From Antechinus flavipes (lineage: Eukaryota): a DNA stretch of 64,000 bases. The position numbers were made by a program, and so were the translations under genes. The DNA lies in NCBI RefSeq assembly GCF_016432865.1, contig NC_067398.1, positions 117,056,001 through 117,120,000 of the forward strand, read 5' to 3'. The notes under the pieces are model-generated. The model was not told where the DNA came from. It did no database searches and worked only from the letters and a program-made list of their open reading frames with translations. This document shows, piece after piece, positions 23,649 through 50,738 of this stretch; the stretch's first letter is position 1, and each line of letters starts with the position of its first letter.

Positions 23649-23868
23649 TTAGCAGCTCAGAGGGTCGCCTTGTCCCTACAGCCCCTGCAGCAGGGCCAAT
23701 GGGTGGGTAAAAAGAGGGAGGCTGAGGTGGGAAGAGGCATAGGAGGGGATAGGACTGAAGTTGTGTTTTATAAACAGAAAAGTGAAAGGGAGATCGGGAG
23801 GGAGCAGAGGGGAGAATGGAGGGGCGGGGGGAGGCTTTGGGGAAGGGATCTTGGAAGGCTGTGCCACA

Positions 23869-23972
23869 TCACCGGCTGAAGATGTATTTCTCTACCAGGG
23901 TGGGGAGAAGGTGGCTGTGAAGGGTATTGGGGACCAGGGGGCTGATTATTTCCTTCTTTCATCTTCTGGATC
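23869..23972 (-). CDS. ATP2A1: ATP2A1 exon 23 coding part (neonatal SERCA1b C-terminus DPEDERRK, here read through for 26 further codons)
   Basis: Acceptor ctttctag|AT CCA GAA GAT GAA AGA AGG AAA ATA ATC...; first in-frame stop TGA at 23871-23869. Confidence 0.85.
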
Positions 23973-24546
23973 TAGAAAGAAAACAGAAGGGAATGAATGA
24001 AGGGATATGGATAAGGAGGGAAGGGAGAAATAACTACTCACTACCCTCGTTATTTCTACGCCCCCACCCCAAAACCTCTGGGATACTCTCTTAGAGGGAC
24101 AGCACTCACCTCCACATGTGACCCCTTCCTGAAGAGGGGCTCAGACTCTGGATCCTGCTTTTCCCCTCCCCATACTCACCTCTCCCTGTCTCCACCTTTG
24201 CCAGCCCTCCCACTCATCCCCCATGCATCCCCATGAGCAGCTCTTAGCCCTGCCCCGCTGAGCGCAGTGTAAGGTCATGGGGACTCCCTAGATTGGGAGA
24301 AGAGGAAAACCTCCAAGTGAGACCAAGGAAGTCTTGAACTTCCACAAAATGGGTCAGCAACCCCATTCTCTTGGACAGTAGCAGATTAGGCTCCAGCATG
24401 GCGCAGCAGGCGCAGGGGATTGAAAGGATCAAGGGAGGTGGGAAGGGGCAGGCAGGGGACAGCGGCTTGGAGAAGGGTGAAGGAAAGAGAAGAAGAGGGT
24501 GATACCTGTGACACGGATTCAAAGAGATGAAGGAGGGAAAAACAGG

Positions 24547-39918
<15,372 letters not shown>

Positions 39919-40099
39919 CTTGCTCCCTTCCTGGGGGCCAGGGGCCGGTGCGTTCTTTCTTGGGGGTCTCTTTCACACGTGGGGATTTCCTCCTCAATCT
40001 CTCCACCTGTTTGTCTGTCTCTCTTCAGCCCCCCTAATGGGCTTGTCTCCCCTCCACGCAACTCTGACCCCCGTCCAACCTACAGCAGCCGGCCACCCC

Positions 40100-40330
40100 C
40101 CCACCCCCAGCTGGCCCTTATGAGTGAGTTGAGGGGGTGCCCAACCCCCCCACCAGGTCTAGGATTGGCTGGCCAAGACCCTACAGGAGGGGCCAGAAGA
40201 GAGAGGTATTTTTGCTGACAGAGGGGGAACAGTGGGGCTGCAGCCTGAGATGTCACTCATAAGGCCAGAGTGGCCCCTGCCCCAGGGAAAGAGGGGGCAG
40301 GGGGAAACTGAGACTGTCTGTCTATATTTT
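40100..40330 (-). promoter_or_regulatory. ATP2A1 proximal promoter region
   Basis: Immediately upstream of exon 1; CCAAT box (minus) at 40168-40164; GC/CACCC boxes; duplicated CCTTATGAGTGA element. Confidence 0.5.
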
Positions 40331-43300
40331 TCATCTTCCCTTCAACTTATTTCCCTTGCCTTCTCTATCCATCAAATTTTAGCTTCCTCAATACAAGCTT
40401 ATTTTTTCCTCTCTGACCCCCTTTCAACTCTTTCATCCCTTTTCCCTTTCCACCACCCCTCCCATTTGTTTCCTCCACCACTACTTCCACCTGGACAGCC
40501 CAGCCTGTCCCTGATGTCATAACTTTCAGCATCTTCCTCATCCTAATGAAATAAAGGAGGAAACACATAGAGACCAAAACTATGAGATTACGTGAAAGGG
40601 GCCAGGGAAATCTAAGACAAAAGTAGAGGGGAAATTTCTCTATTGTGGCTTAGGAGATAGCAACTCTAGAGGGGCAAGTGGAAATGAGGAGGGGAGAGGG
40701 TCAAAGGGACAGGGCAGAAGGTGGTAACCCTACCCCAGGGAGGGGGACAGCAGAAGCCATCAACATGGGATTTAGTGTCCAAGTGCTGGTGAGCAGAGCC
40801 AGGACTGCATGTACCCCCTGCCAACACCACCTCCCCACCTGCCCTCCTAAAGGCACGGGAAACACAGGTCCCTGCTCCACTATTCCTGATAGGGAATTTC
40901 CCCCCTCCCCCAGGAAGATGGAGCAGGGGTAACCCAAGAGGCTACAAAATGTGCTGATGGCACAGAGGGGAGAGACATATGGTCTGGAGGTTTAAAATGG
41001 GGGTAGAGATACCTTCTTAGACAAGGATGGATAGAAACAACTATTCTTTCTCAAGCCATGGCTTCCTCCACACTGACAGGTTTCCTTTCCCCCCCTCCCC
41101 ACCACTGACAGGTCTTGATCCAAAACCTTATAGCTAATACTTATTTGTGTCAGTGAGAATTGGAAAAATTCACAGGAAAAATGTAGCGTTAGTGGAGAAC
41201 AAAGATAATGGTTATATTGTGTTCAAGAGTTGGATAGATCCCTTCAGGGAAATCAGAGTGGGACAGGCAGTCATGGAGGATAACTTAATCAGGTCGCTAT
41301 AGACAGAGGAAGTGGACGTGGGTACAACTGGGAAAGATCAAATCTGGTGAAATATGGGACGGGCACTGGTGTAAGGGAAATCATGGGGTTTTGAGCTGGA
41401 AGGGACCTTGTAGACCATCTTTTCCAACCCTTTCATTTTATAGATGAGAAAACTGAATTCCAGAAAGATGTCCACAGTTGCACAACTAATAAGTGGTAAA
41501 ACTGGGATTCAAACTCAGTTCTTCCAAATCCATCATTTTTTCCACTCCACTACAGTTGCCTTATTTGGAGAAGTCAAGGGGGAGGGAGGAAGAATGGATA
41601 AAGCCCTAAAAGGGACAGCTGAGGGGAACAAAGCAGAGGAGAGGGGGCAGTGGAATAAGCAGCAAGCTGAACCTTAAGGAGAGGGGAGTTGGAGGCCCTT
41701 TTGTCAGGAGCTAGGCAGGACTGAAATACTGGGTTTGAAGGCACAAGAAGTTTCTGAGCCCTGGATTCAGTGTCAGCCTCTCAGGAGTAGCAGCTGCTCG
41801 GAACCAGCCCCCACCCTTGCCCCAGGGTGGAGCGTCTGGTTACCACTAGGCAATTGCTGAAGAATGGGGGAGGTAGGAGGGGACTTTGGGGGGGGGGAGA
41901 TCAGGAGAGAGTGTTGAATATTGGGGGCTGGTTAGGAGGGGTGTAGGAGAGGGAATGAGGAAAGCAATAGCTGAAGGGATAAGGAAAAGAAGTGACAGAA
42001 GAGCTGGGAGGAGATGAGGAATAGTCAGTAAAGGGTTGGAGGGGAAGGTCATAGAAAGGGAGTTGTGTAACTTTTTGAAACTCACTTTCCCGTGCCTCCA
42101 TTTTCCCATTTGTAGTATGAGGACGCCATACTAGTTGATTAATCCTTTAAGATCCATTTTGGCACCAATAGTCTAATGGAAGGTGCAAACAAGAAAAGGG
42201 GGGGAAGGAACTTCCTTACTCGGGAAAAACAGTGATTTGTGGGGTGAGGGTGCAGAGAGATTTAGGAATGCTTCCCTCTTGAACCCTCCAGTACCTTACC
42301 ACTTCTCTGCCTGGGCTGGAAGGGCAACCTCCAGGGTGATGTGAGGACATAGCTCTCCTCCCCCTCCCCTTTTTCACAGCTTTGACTGTCTCTCCTCCAC
42401 AGCTGAGTCCTTCCCTGACCTCTGGGGGAGGGGGGTGGGAGATTGGAGTGTGGGGGCTACACAAAATGGGGCAGTTATGTGAGAGAATCACACCCACAGG
42501 AATCAGGGGACTTTCAGATCTATCGCGTGATACCATGTTATCTGGGTCGAGGAGAGAGGTGTGAGAGGGCAAATTCACCATAACCTAAGCTATTGCTCAG
42601 GCTACTTTTTCCCCACCCTGGTTGAGTGACAGGGGCCACTGCCCGTCTTGAAGGAGCAGGAGTGACCAAACATGGAGAGGGGGGGAAAAGAAGAAGGGAG
42701 GGAGAGAGAGTGAAGGGGAGGGAGGGAGGGAGGAAAGGGGAAAGAGAGAGAGAGAATATTAAAGGGAGCAAAAGATTATATGCGGGATAAAAGCACAGAA
42801 TCTTAATAAGGAAAAAGCGAAAAAGGGATTCTAAAGTTTATCAAGTACTAGTCCAAAGCTTTAAGTCCCCTAATTTTACAGATAAAACTAGAGGCTCAGG
42901 GAGGAAAAATATTTTATCCATTTATCACACTGGGGAATATCAGAGGTGTCTCTAAAAGGAGAAAGAATGATTTAGAAAATAATTAAGATCCTTTCCTACT
43001 AAAGATGGCCAAACATTTTCTGATTTGATTGAGAAAGGCATTCTCACTCTTATCCCCAAGAGCTCTGTCATCAATTCCCCTTGTCACCCTGACAGACAAC
43101 TTCTTTGGGAAGCTTAGTTTTCTCATTTCTAAAATAAGGAGGTTGGACCAAAATTCTCAGGTACATCTCAGCTCTAACATTCCAGAGTCTGTGAGGAGAT
43201 GTTAACGCCCAGAGTTTAAGGAAAAGGAACAATTATCATTCAAACACGGGAACCCAGGAGGAAGGCCTTTGGTTCCACTATTCCCCTTTTGTCTCATATA

Positions 43301-44579
43301 GGTAATTTTCTGAAAACCAAAGGGAGGAGAGCTGGGAATACAATTTGTTTCCAGTCATATTAGATCTGAATCACATCCTATGAATCTCTCAAGTGGTGGA
43401 CTTCTCCTACTCCCCATTCATAAGATTCCCCCAACTTTCTCCCTCTTGAATAGCTGGTTCAACCCCTCAGGTTCCCCCCAACTGAGTAATGAGGGAGCCC
43501 CAGGGAGAAGACCAAGTGGGAAAAGTCAGCAACCTTCAGCCAGCTCCCTGCCCAGGGCATACTGCAGACTCCAGCTGTCTCCTGTCCGTCTCCTGTCTGA
43601 ACCAGAGGCTCAGAATAACAAGGTCACAAGAGCCTGGGGCCTGCTGGAGGAGGGGAGTTAGGACAGAAGGAAAGGGAAGAATACAGAGCCAGAGCATCCC
43701 ACTGGGTTGGGGAGTGGTGGTAATAGGGCAGGAACACAAGAGGAAAAGACAGAGGCGAAGGTAGGACTGGCAAGAGAGAGGGTAGCTGAGGAACAGAACT
43801 GGAGATGGTCTCGGGCAGCTAGTGTGGTGCACCGGAGAGAGCAGCCAGCCAGCCAGCCAGCGGTCTGTTTTGGAACCGCCGTGTGCTCCTATTACCTGTC
43901 TCATCTTTTAGGGGTCCGTTTAATCATCCTTAAATCTAAGTGATTTGCCTGGTGTCTCCTGCCAGCTCTTTTCTCCTCTCTTAAAACCAACACGGAGGCC
44001 CAGGGGCGCCCTCTTTTGGAGAAATGCACCACCGAAGCTGGGAACAGTCACAAGCGGAGACACAGCATTTCAGGGCTAGAAGGGTCCTCAGACCCCTGTT
44101 TTCAGAGGAGTAAAGGAAGGCCCAAACACACTGAGAGCCTTCTCTGAGGGCCCCATTTAAGTGAGTAGCCGAGCCAGGACACAGGTTCCCCCACTCCACA
44201 CATCACAATGCCTCCTTTCTCAGGAACCCAGACACCCCACCCCCAAGTCTGGCCTTCCCAGCCTAGATCAGTGGCTGTTATCTTTGACCTCTCCCAGAAC
44301 AACCCACTTAGAAAAAAGAAGCCACCCTCCTTCCCTGACTCGACTTCACAGTCTCCCTGTGGAGCTGGAATTCCAGAATTAGAATATTAAGAGTTGGAAG
44401 GGACTTAAGAGAGGACTAGTCTAACAGGAAAAGTGACGGGCACAGTCACCCAGGAAGTGGCTGATTTGGGATCAAAAAGCATTTTTATATGCACCTCCTG
44501 AGCCAATCACATCCCCGTCTCCAATTCCATTCTGTGATATAAACATTGGGCCAAGGACAAGAGAGCCGAGATAAACCTT

Positions 44580-44585
44580 TTTATT
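44580..44585 (-). terminator. SH2B1 poly(A) signal AATAAA
   Basis: tttatt on plus strand about 370 nt past the alpha stop codon. Confidence 0.65.
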
Positions 44586-44950
44586 GATGTTTCTCCATTT
44601 CACTTTAAAAAAAAATCCTTAATGTAGCTGATACAGCCCCTCCCCAATACATCACAGAGAGCTGTGAGAGGTACTGGAGAAATGGCCCACAGGGGGCGAG
44701 GCTGAGCACAATTGGCCCACCCCCAAAAGGAGGTAATGGATCCAAGTCCCCCGCCCCGGAAAAGGGGCGCCTTGGAGTGTGTCATCTGGGAAGTTACTAA
44801 TGGCTCTGTCCCTCTGTCCTGTACCATTCCCACCCCCTAGACAAACAGGGGCAAGGGAAGTATTTGTACCTCTCTGGGGAGGATCTGTCCTGGGTCCTGG
44901 CCCGGGGCCAAGAAGAAAGGGGAATTAGTTGTGTGTGGGGATATTCATCC

Positions 44951-46957
44951 TTATAGGAAGGAGTACTGGTTATTGATGGCTCTGGAGCGGACCCCTTCCT
45001 CCCCGGCATTCCCTGGCTGCAACTGCAAGAAATGCACAAAAGGGTTCACTCCCACCTCCCCAACAGGCCCCTCTAGCCCTGGGGGCTCCCTGTTTAGGGC
45101 TGTGGCCTCCTGGAGCTCAGCCACAGGGCCTGGCTCTCCTGGGGTCCCTCCACTGCCTGCCTTCTCCTGCTCTGCAGCTTCTGGTGCTTCCACCATCTCC
45201 TCCTCTTCCCCAGGGTGTGCAGGGTCTGCCCTCGGATCAGGGTCAGTAGGTTGGGATGGGTCATGGGAGATGTTCGGTTCTAGAAAGGGTAGGAGGGAAG
45301 ATAACTCAGAGAGAACACAAAGGCCTTAAGTTTTCTTGGCACCCCCTCCCTTTTACCTCCATTATCCTCAGGCCCCAAATACCTTCTTCCCACACCTTCC
45401 AAGCCCCCTCATGGAGAATGGAATATGGAGAGGAAGCACACTTACACACAGTCACTCGCTCCGATGGGCATGAGGGTGGAAGAGGCGTCGGGATAGCAGC
45501 GATCTCCCTCACACACCCCAGCTCGGCTCCCTGCCCGTTCCCTGCCTGAGGGGGAGTGAGGAGGAGGGACAGACAGGACAGCAGGGGTTGGAGGGTGGTC
45601 AGGAAGGGGAAAGAGGAGGAGCAGAGGTTTGGGTACAGATCACATGGGGCAAACACATGGGGGAACAGGCAAAGCATTGCCAAGAAAGGACAGAGGAAGA
45701 TCAGGGTACAGATGAGGATAAGAGAGGAAAAAGTAGGGAAGAATGGAAGCAGAGACAGACAATGGGCAGAGGCTTTTGATGGAAATGAAAATGTACCAAT
45801 CCCACTCTCACCACCTCCCCACCTCCCCCGTGGTGTGAGGGTCCCATCCAAAGGGACAGGAAGGAAGAGTGGTTAAGCCCCTCTCCGCAAGTACATTCAC
45901 TCTTCTCCATTCCGCCCCTCCCTCATCCCTCTCTAAACATACTCCACAACTTGCATTGAGAGCCTTCTCCTCTCTGCTCACCCCTCTTTTCTCCCACTTA
46001 CCTTGGAGCCGCTGGGAGGCCACAACATAGCTGACGAGGGTGACGTCACTGGAGCCCCCAGACTCCAGGGGAATGGGGTGGACCCGGAAATGCTCCAGCA
46101 TGTCAAAGACGGTCTGGAACCAGAGGTGCTGCACCCGGCACTGACCATCCTCATTCAGGGATAAACGAAGGTGCTGGGGGCCGGGATGGGGAAGGTAAAA
46201 ACTGCTTTCTTCTTGGGACCCGAGGGCTGTCACCTTCTCCCTGTCATCTCTCTTAAACTACCCTTTCCTCTGGGATCTAAAATCTTTTCCCCAAGTTTCC
46301 CATTTTCCTAGGAACTACGTACTTCATGAACTCCCCTCTGAACTCTTTCCAAGGGATATGTCTAAGCTTCCCAAGACATTATAGGAGACCCTGAAGTTTC
46401 CTTTTCTCTGAGAAAGAAAGAAGTCCTTCCTTCCATGGAGCCACTCACCTTGGCCTTGCCCTGGAAGTTGAACGTGAGGACATACTCCCCCCTCCTTGTC
46501 TCGCTTTGACGTACCAGGAAGACACCATGGCTGCCAGCACCCCCTGCCAACACTAGCTGGGCAGCTTTGAGTCGGGAGAGGGTCCCATGGAACCAAGGGT
46601 ACTCTGAAAGGGGGTGATCCCCATCACCTCCATCTGACTCCCCCTGGAACAGGAACGACCCTTCAGGGAGGAAAGAGTGGGGAAACCGGGGTGTCAGGGA
46701 AGCCTCCCCCATCCCTGAGGACAAGAATCTTCTGTTTTGAAGCCCTTTCCTTTCATAAGTTCCCCTTTCCCCTAGGTTAGACACCCACAATCCCTCGTAT
46801 CTGAAAGACTCCAGAAAAGAGTTTAAATAAGAAGAGAACTAGAATTAGAAGTAGTTAGAAAGACTTATGAGACAAAGACACACAAATATCCTCCTCTCTA
46901 TCCACATGGGTATGCATATGTATGTTAATATATGCATGCATACATGCATATTCACAT

Positions 46958-47010
<53 letters not shown>

Positions 47011-50000
47011 GGTACCTGGAGTGTCTGGAGTGTCTGGAGGAGGGTAGGGGGCTGGTGGAGGGTAAGTTGTCCCCATTGGGGGCCCCTCTTCAATAGGGAC
47101 TCGGGGGGGCAACTCTGGGGGCAGTAGTTCCATTGAATCAAAATGGGAGGCAGCAATGGAGGCAGAGCTGGGGGAGACAGAAGCTGAAGGACGATCCGAG
47201 AGGCCCCCATAAGCCCCTAAAGGGAAAACCAAAGGTGCAGGAATAGTGTGAGATTCAGCATCCTCCATAACCCAACCACTTCCCAGTTAAGCAAAGAGGA
47301 ACTCTTCTCCCTAGGCCCCAAAAGGAGAATGGCTTTCTGATTGTCTCTGTGGCTCGAATTTCCTCCTCAAATCCATCCTATAGATGACATCAGAGAAATC
47401 TTCCTAAAACCAATCTGATGCTCAAAACCCTCTATGGGCTCATTTCCTAAAAGACTGAACTTGGGGGGCAGCTAGGCGGCACAGTGGGTAGAGCACCAGC
47501 CCTGAAGTCAGGAGGACCAGAGTTCAGATCTGGTCTCAGACACTTAACACTTCCTGCTGTGTGATCCTGGGCAAGTCACTTAAGCCAAAAAAGACTGAAC
47601 TTGGTTCAGCACTGAGCCCTTCAGCCTAACCTCAGTCTACCTACCTCTCCAGTCTTTTCTCCTGTCTTCTTCCTTCCAGCCCAATTGGTCATTTGTTGCC
47701 CTTCATATACACATCCCACTTATTTTCATTTTACTGTTGTTTTTGTTGAGGCTGTTGGGCTTAAATGACTTGCCCAAGCTCACACACCAGGATGTGTTAA
47801 GTGTCTGAAGTCGGATTTGAACTCAGGTCCTACTGACTCCAAGGCTGGTGCTCCACCCACTGACACTTAGCTGCCCCAGAATCCTATCTTTTCCTCTGCT
47901 TCTCTGCTTCCACTGTCCTACCACCTGAGCCCATCAAAATCCAGGAGGCCTCCCTTGACTATTCTGACCACCAGGGGCCTCTTCCTCCTCTCACATCCAA
48001 CGGAACTGCCGCAGGTAGCACTCACCAGGCACGGGGCAGTCCTGCCTCGCACTACTGCTGGTTTCATCTAATGCTATGTCTTCCCCTCCACAATGGCCCT
48101 TAAGAATAGAAGCAATAACCTTCCAGTTTTTTTTTATATCCAGAGTTCAAAGCATCTTCTGGACACTAAATCAATATGTCCATCTTAGAACTGGAAAAGA
48201 CCTCAGAGTTCGTGGAGGCTGACGATCTATTGACGCTGATTCACTAAATAAGCTAAGATAGCAGGTCTTCAAAAGATACACCCCCTGGACCGTTAGTCTG
48301 CAGACCTGGGTTCTAGTCCCAACTCTGCCCTGCCGCTTACACTCCTCCTCTCTGACCCTCAGTTTCCTCACCTGTAAAACAAGGAAGCTGGACTATAAGG
48401 TCTCTTCTACCTCTAACATGTTGAGTAGGAGCTAGTTAACAACCCAAGTTACCCCCAAGGCTCTGCCTGTCCTTTTCTCCTGTCTCACCCTGAGATAAGT
48501 GCTCATTGCTCTCACTAGGCCCCAAGGGCAGCTCCTGGCTGGGCAGACTCTCCGAGTGGTTGAGGCAGGATAGGTCCAGGCTGTCTGTGTTTTCTCTGGT
48601 AGGGAACGAAGTCATCAGATTGGGAATGAGTGGCACAGAAAATTTCAGGAAAAAGGAGGGCAAAGAGGGAGAAGTCACAAGATGAACTGAGCAGCATTAA
48701 GCACCTTTTCTACCATCTACCCTCCCTTGCTCCCTCAGGCCCCTCACCCTGGGCTCAGGCAATCCTGTAGATCAGACACCCAAGCCTTCATATTTAGGGC
48801 ATCAGCTGTCTCCAGAATATATTCCACAGAACCCTCCACCTACGGAGACAAGGGTAAGGTACTTCAGACAGCAGATGGGGGCAAGTGTAGGCCAATAAGA
48901 CACCGAGAGCTTCCCAGATGCTCACTGAGACCTCAATGAGAAGAACCTTCTCTCCAGCCATTTCTTTTCCTGTGTGTCATTTCCCAAGTGTGTTTGTATT
49001 ATATGTGTGTACATGCACACACACACAGATACATATGTATAGAGATGTACATGTGTGTGCACAAAGGTGTGTATACACACACACATGCACGCATGTATAC
49101 ATATATACATGGAGAGAGTAAGAAAGAGAAAGGGAGGCCTAAACTTCAAGAACATGTCTTCATTTTGGGGAACTGTCCCCTGGTTGGGGGATCATGGCAC
49201 CTTTCTCACAACTTCTAGTCCTTGAGAAAACCTAGAGCCTGCCTATCTTCCGTATTGCACTCACCCTCCCTTCCCCCCACCAATATACAAGAATCATACT
49301 CTTTGGAATGAATGATAAAAGAAGAATGAAAATGCCCAAGCCGCTGACCTTGACCACAAAGGTATTCTCTCTATCCGGCATCTCCAGGGCTGTGGTTGTC
49401 CGGACCTCTGTGATGGTAGAACACAGGATGTTGATCCGGGGCCGGGATGCCTGTGGTAGAAGAGGCTGGTAGGAGTCCCAATATTCACGCTCAAATACAC
49501 TCCTCCACTTCTGGGGGGAGGGGGGAACCTGGCCTCCCAGCTCTTCCCACTTCACAAAGGTGTCAACACAAGCCCAATGGCTCCCTGCTCTATCTCATAA
49601 GTAATGTGGAGGTGGCAAAAAAATTGTTTAAATCACCACCCTAGTCCTGTACACTTAACAAGTGTCAAGAGTTGGCAAGATGGGGCCAAGTTTCCAAAAA
49701 AAAAAAAAAAAAAAAAAAAGTAAAAGCTATCAGCTTGTAAACTTCTGGGTTCTATCTGCAAGGCATTTACATTATTTATCCACAGTCACACTTCCCCTTC
49801 TCTCTCACCTTAGGTGGGATATAGAACTCCAGCCGATTTCCTCCTCCTCCTTCCCCCTCACTCCGAAGCAGCAGGCGACACTTCTGCCACCTTGGTGGTC
49901 CCCCACCCCCAGATGAGGTTCCAATTCCTCCTCCCCCTCGACCTTCTCCACCAACAGCTGCCTCCTCTGTTCCCATGAAGCTCAGTAGCCCCTCCCTTTG

Positions 50001-50738
50001 CACTGTCCCTGCCCCTTCCTTTAAGGGTCCCCCTCCCCTACTTAGTCTCAGCCTCTCAAAACGATGTGTCCATCTTTCCCCGGGGGATGCCCCACCGCCA
50101 GTTGGCCCCACATTGGTGCTACCACCCCCACCAGAGGAGTTGGAGTTGCTGTTTCCACCCAGGACAGGTGGCCCAGAGGCAGAGGTCTCCAAGGGTCCCA
50201 CTGGAGAGGGGGGATCACCAGCTCCCCGCCACTGCAAGATCCCTCGAACTGAGCCTCGTACTGATCGGCCCACAGAGCGAAGGGAGAAACGTTTCTTCAG
50301 CTTAGGCTTTGAGGAGGATGAAGAGATTGAGGAAGGGAGAGGGGCAGCCAGGTCTTCAGAGGATCGAGAAGGACCCAACACAGTCAGAGGCCCGCTGTTC
50401 CTGCAGCTCTCCAGGGAAAGATCACGGGATGGGGCTTCCGTACCAGGACTCAGAGGGGTTGAACCAGATGATAAAAGGGAACCAGAGGCCCGGGCCACCT
50501 CTGCCTCAAAGTGCTGCAAGAAGAGCTCAGCGAAACGTCGGGAAAAGGCTGCCTCAGCCCCAGGCCCGGCATATTGGGGATGGGAAGCCAAGTAGAGGCG
50601 GAAGCGTCGGGCAAAGTCCAGGGCTGCTGCCCGAGCGTGGGATTCACAGAACTCCCGCCAACTTGGAGGAGGTGGTGGTGGTGGCAGAGGGGGAGGAGAA
50701 GGGGAAGCCCCATCCTCAGGGGAAGGGGCACCATTCAT
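44951..50738 (-). CDS. SH2B1: SH2B adapter protein 1 (alpha isoform about 714 aa; beta/gamma/delta exons also present)
   Basis: Exons (minus): 50738-49809 ([10 protein letters not shown]...[18 protein letters not shown]...), 49450-49349, 48839-48748, 48595-48489, 47216-47016, 46660-46449 ([17 protein letters not shown]2), 46173-46002, last exon 45279-44951 ([10 protein letters not shown]). Confidence 0.96.
45446..45545 (-). CDS. SH2B1: SH2B1 alternative 100-nt exon (beta/gamma isoforms)
   Basis: ctcag|GC AGG GAA CGG GCA GGG AGC...GCG AGT GAC TGT GT|gtaagt. Gives [39 protein letters not shown] (stop 45263-45261), homologous to the SH2B1beta C-terminus. Confidence 0.9.
46962..47006. repeat. 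(CA)n microsatellite starting about 10 nt from an SH2B1 donor (TG repeat on the sense strand)
   Basis: Direct observation; donor at 47015. Confidence 0.95.
47465..47590 (+). mobile_element. Young marsupial CORE-SINE (WSINE1-like) with 16-bp target-site duplication
   Basis: ggggcagctaggcggcacagtgg...gagttcag...gggcaagtcacttaagcc-A tail; TSD aaaagactgaacttgg at 47449-47464 and 47589-47604. Confidence 0.85.
47742..47877 (-). mobile_element. Marsupial CORE-SINE (WSINE1-like), inverted relative to the 47465 copy
   Basis: Reverse complement reads ggggcagctaagtgtcagtgggtggagcaccagcc...gagttcaaatcc...gggcaagtcatttaagccc. Confidence 0.8.
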
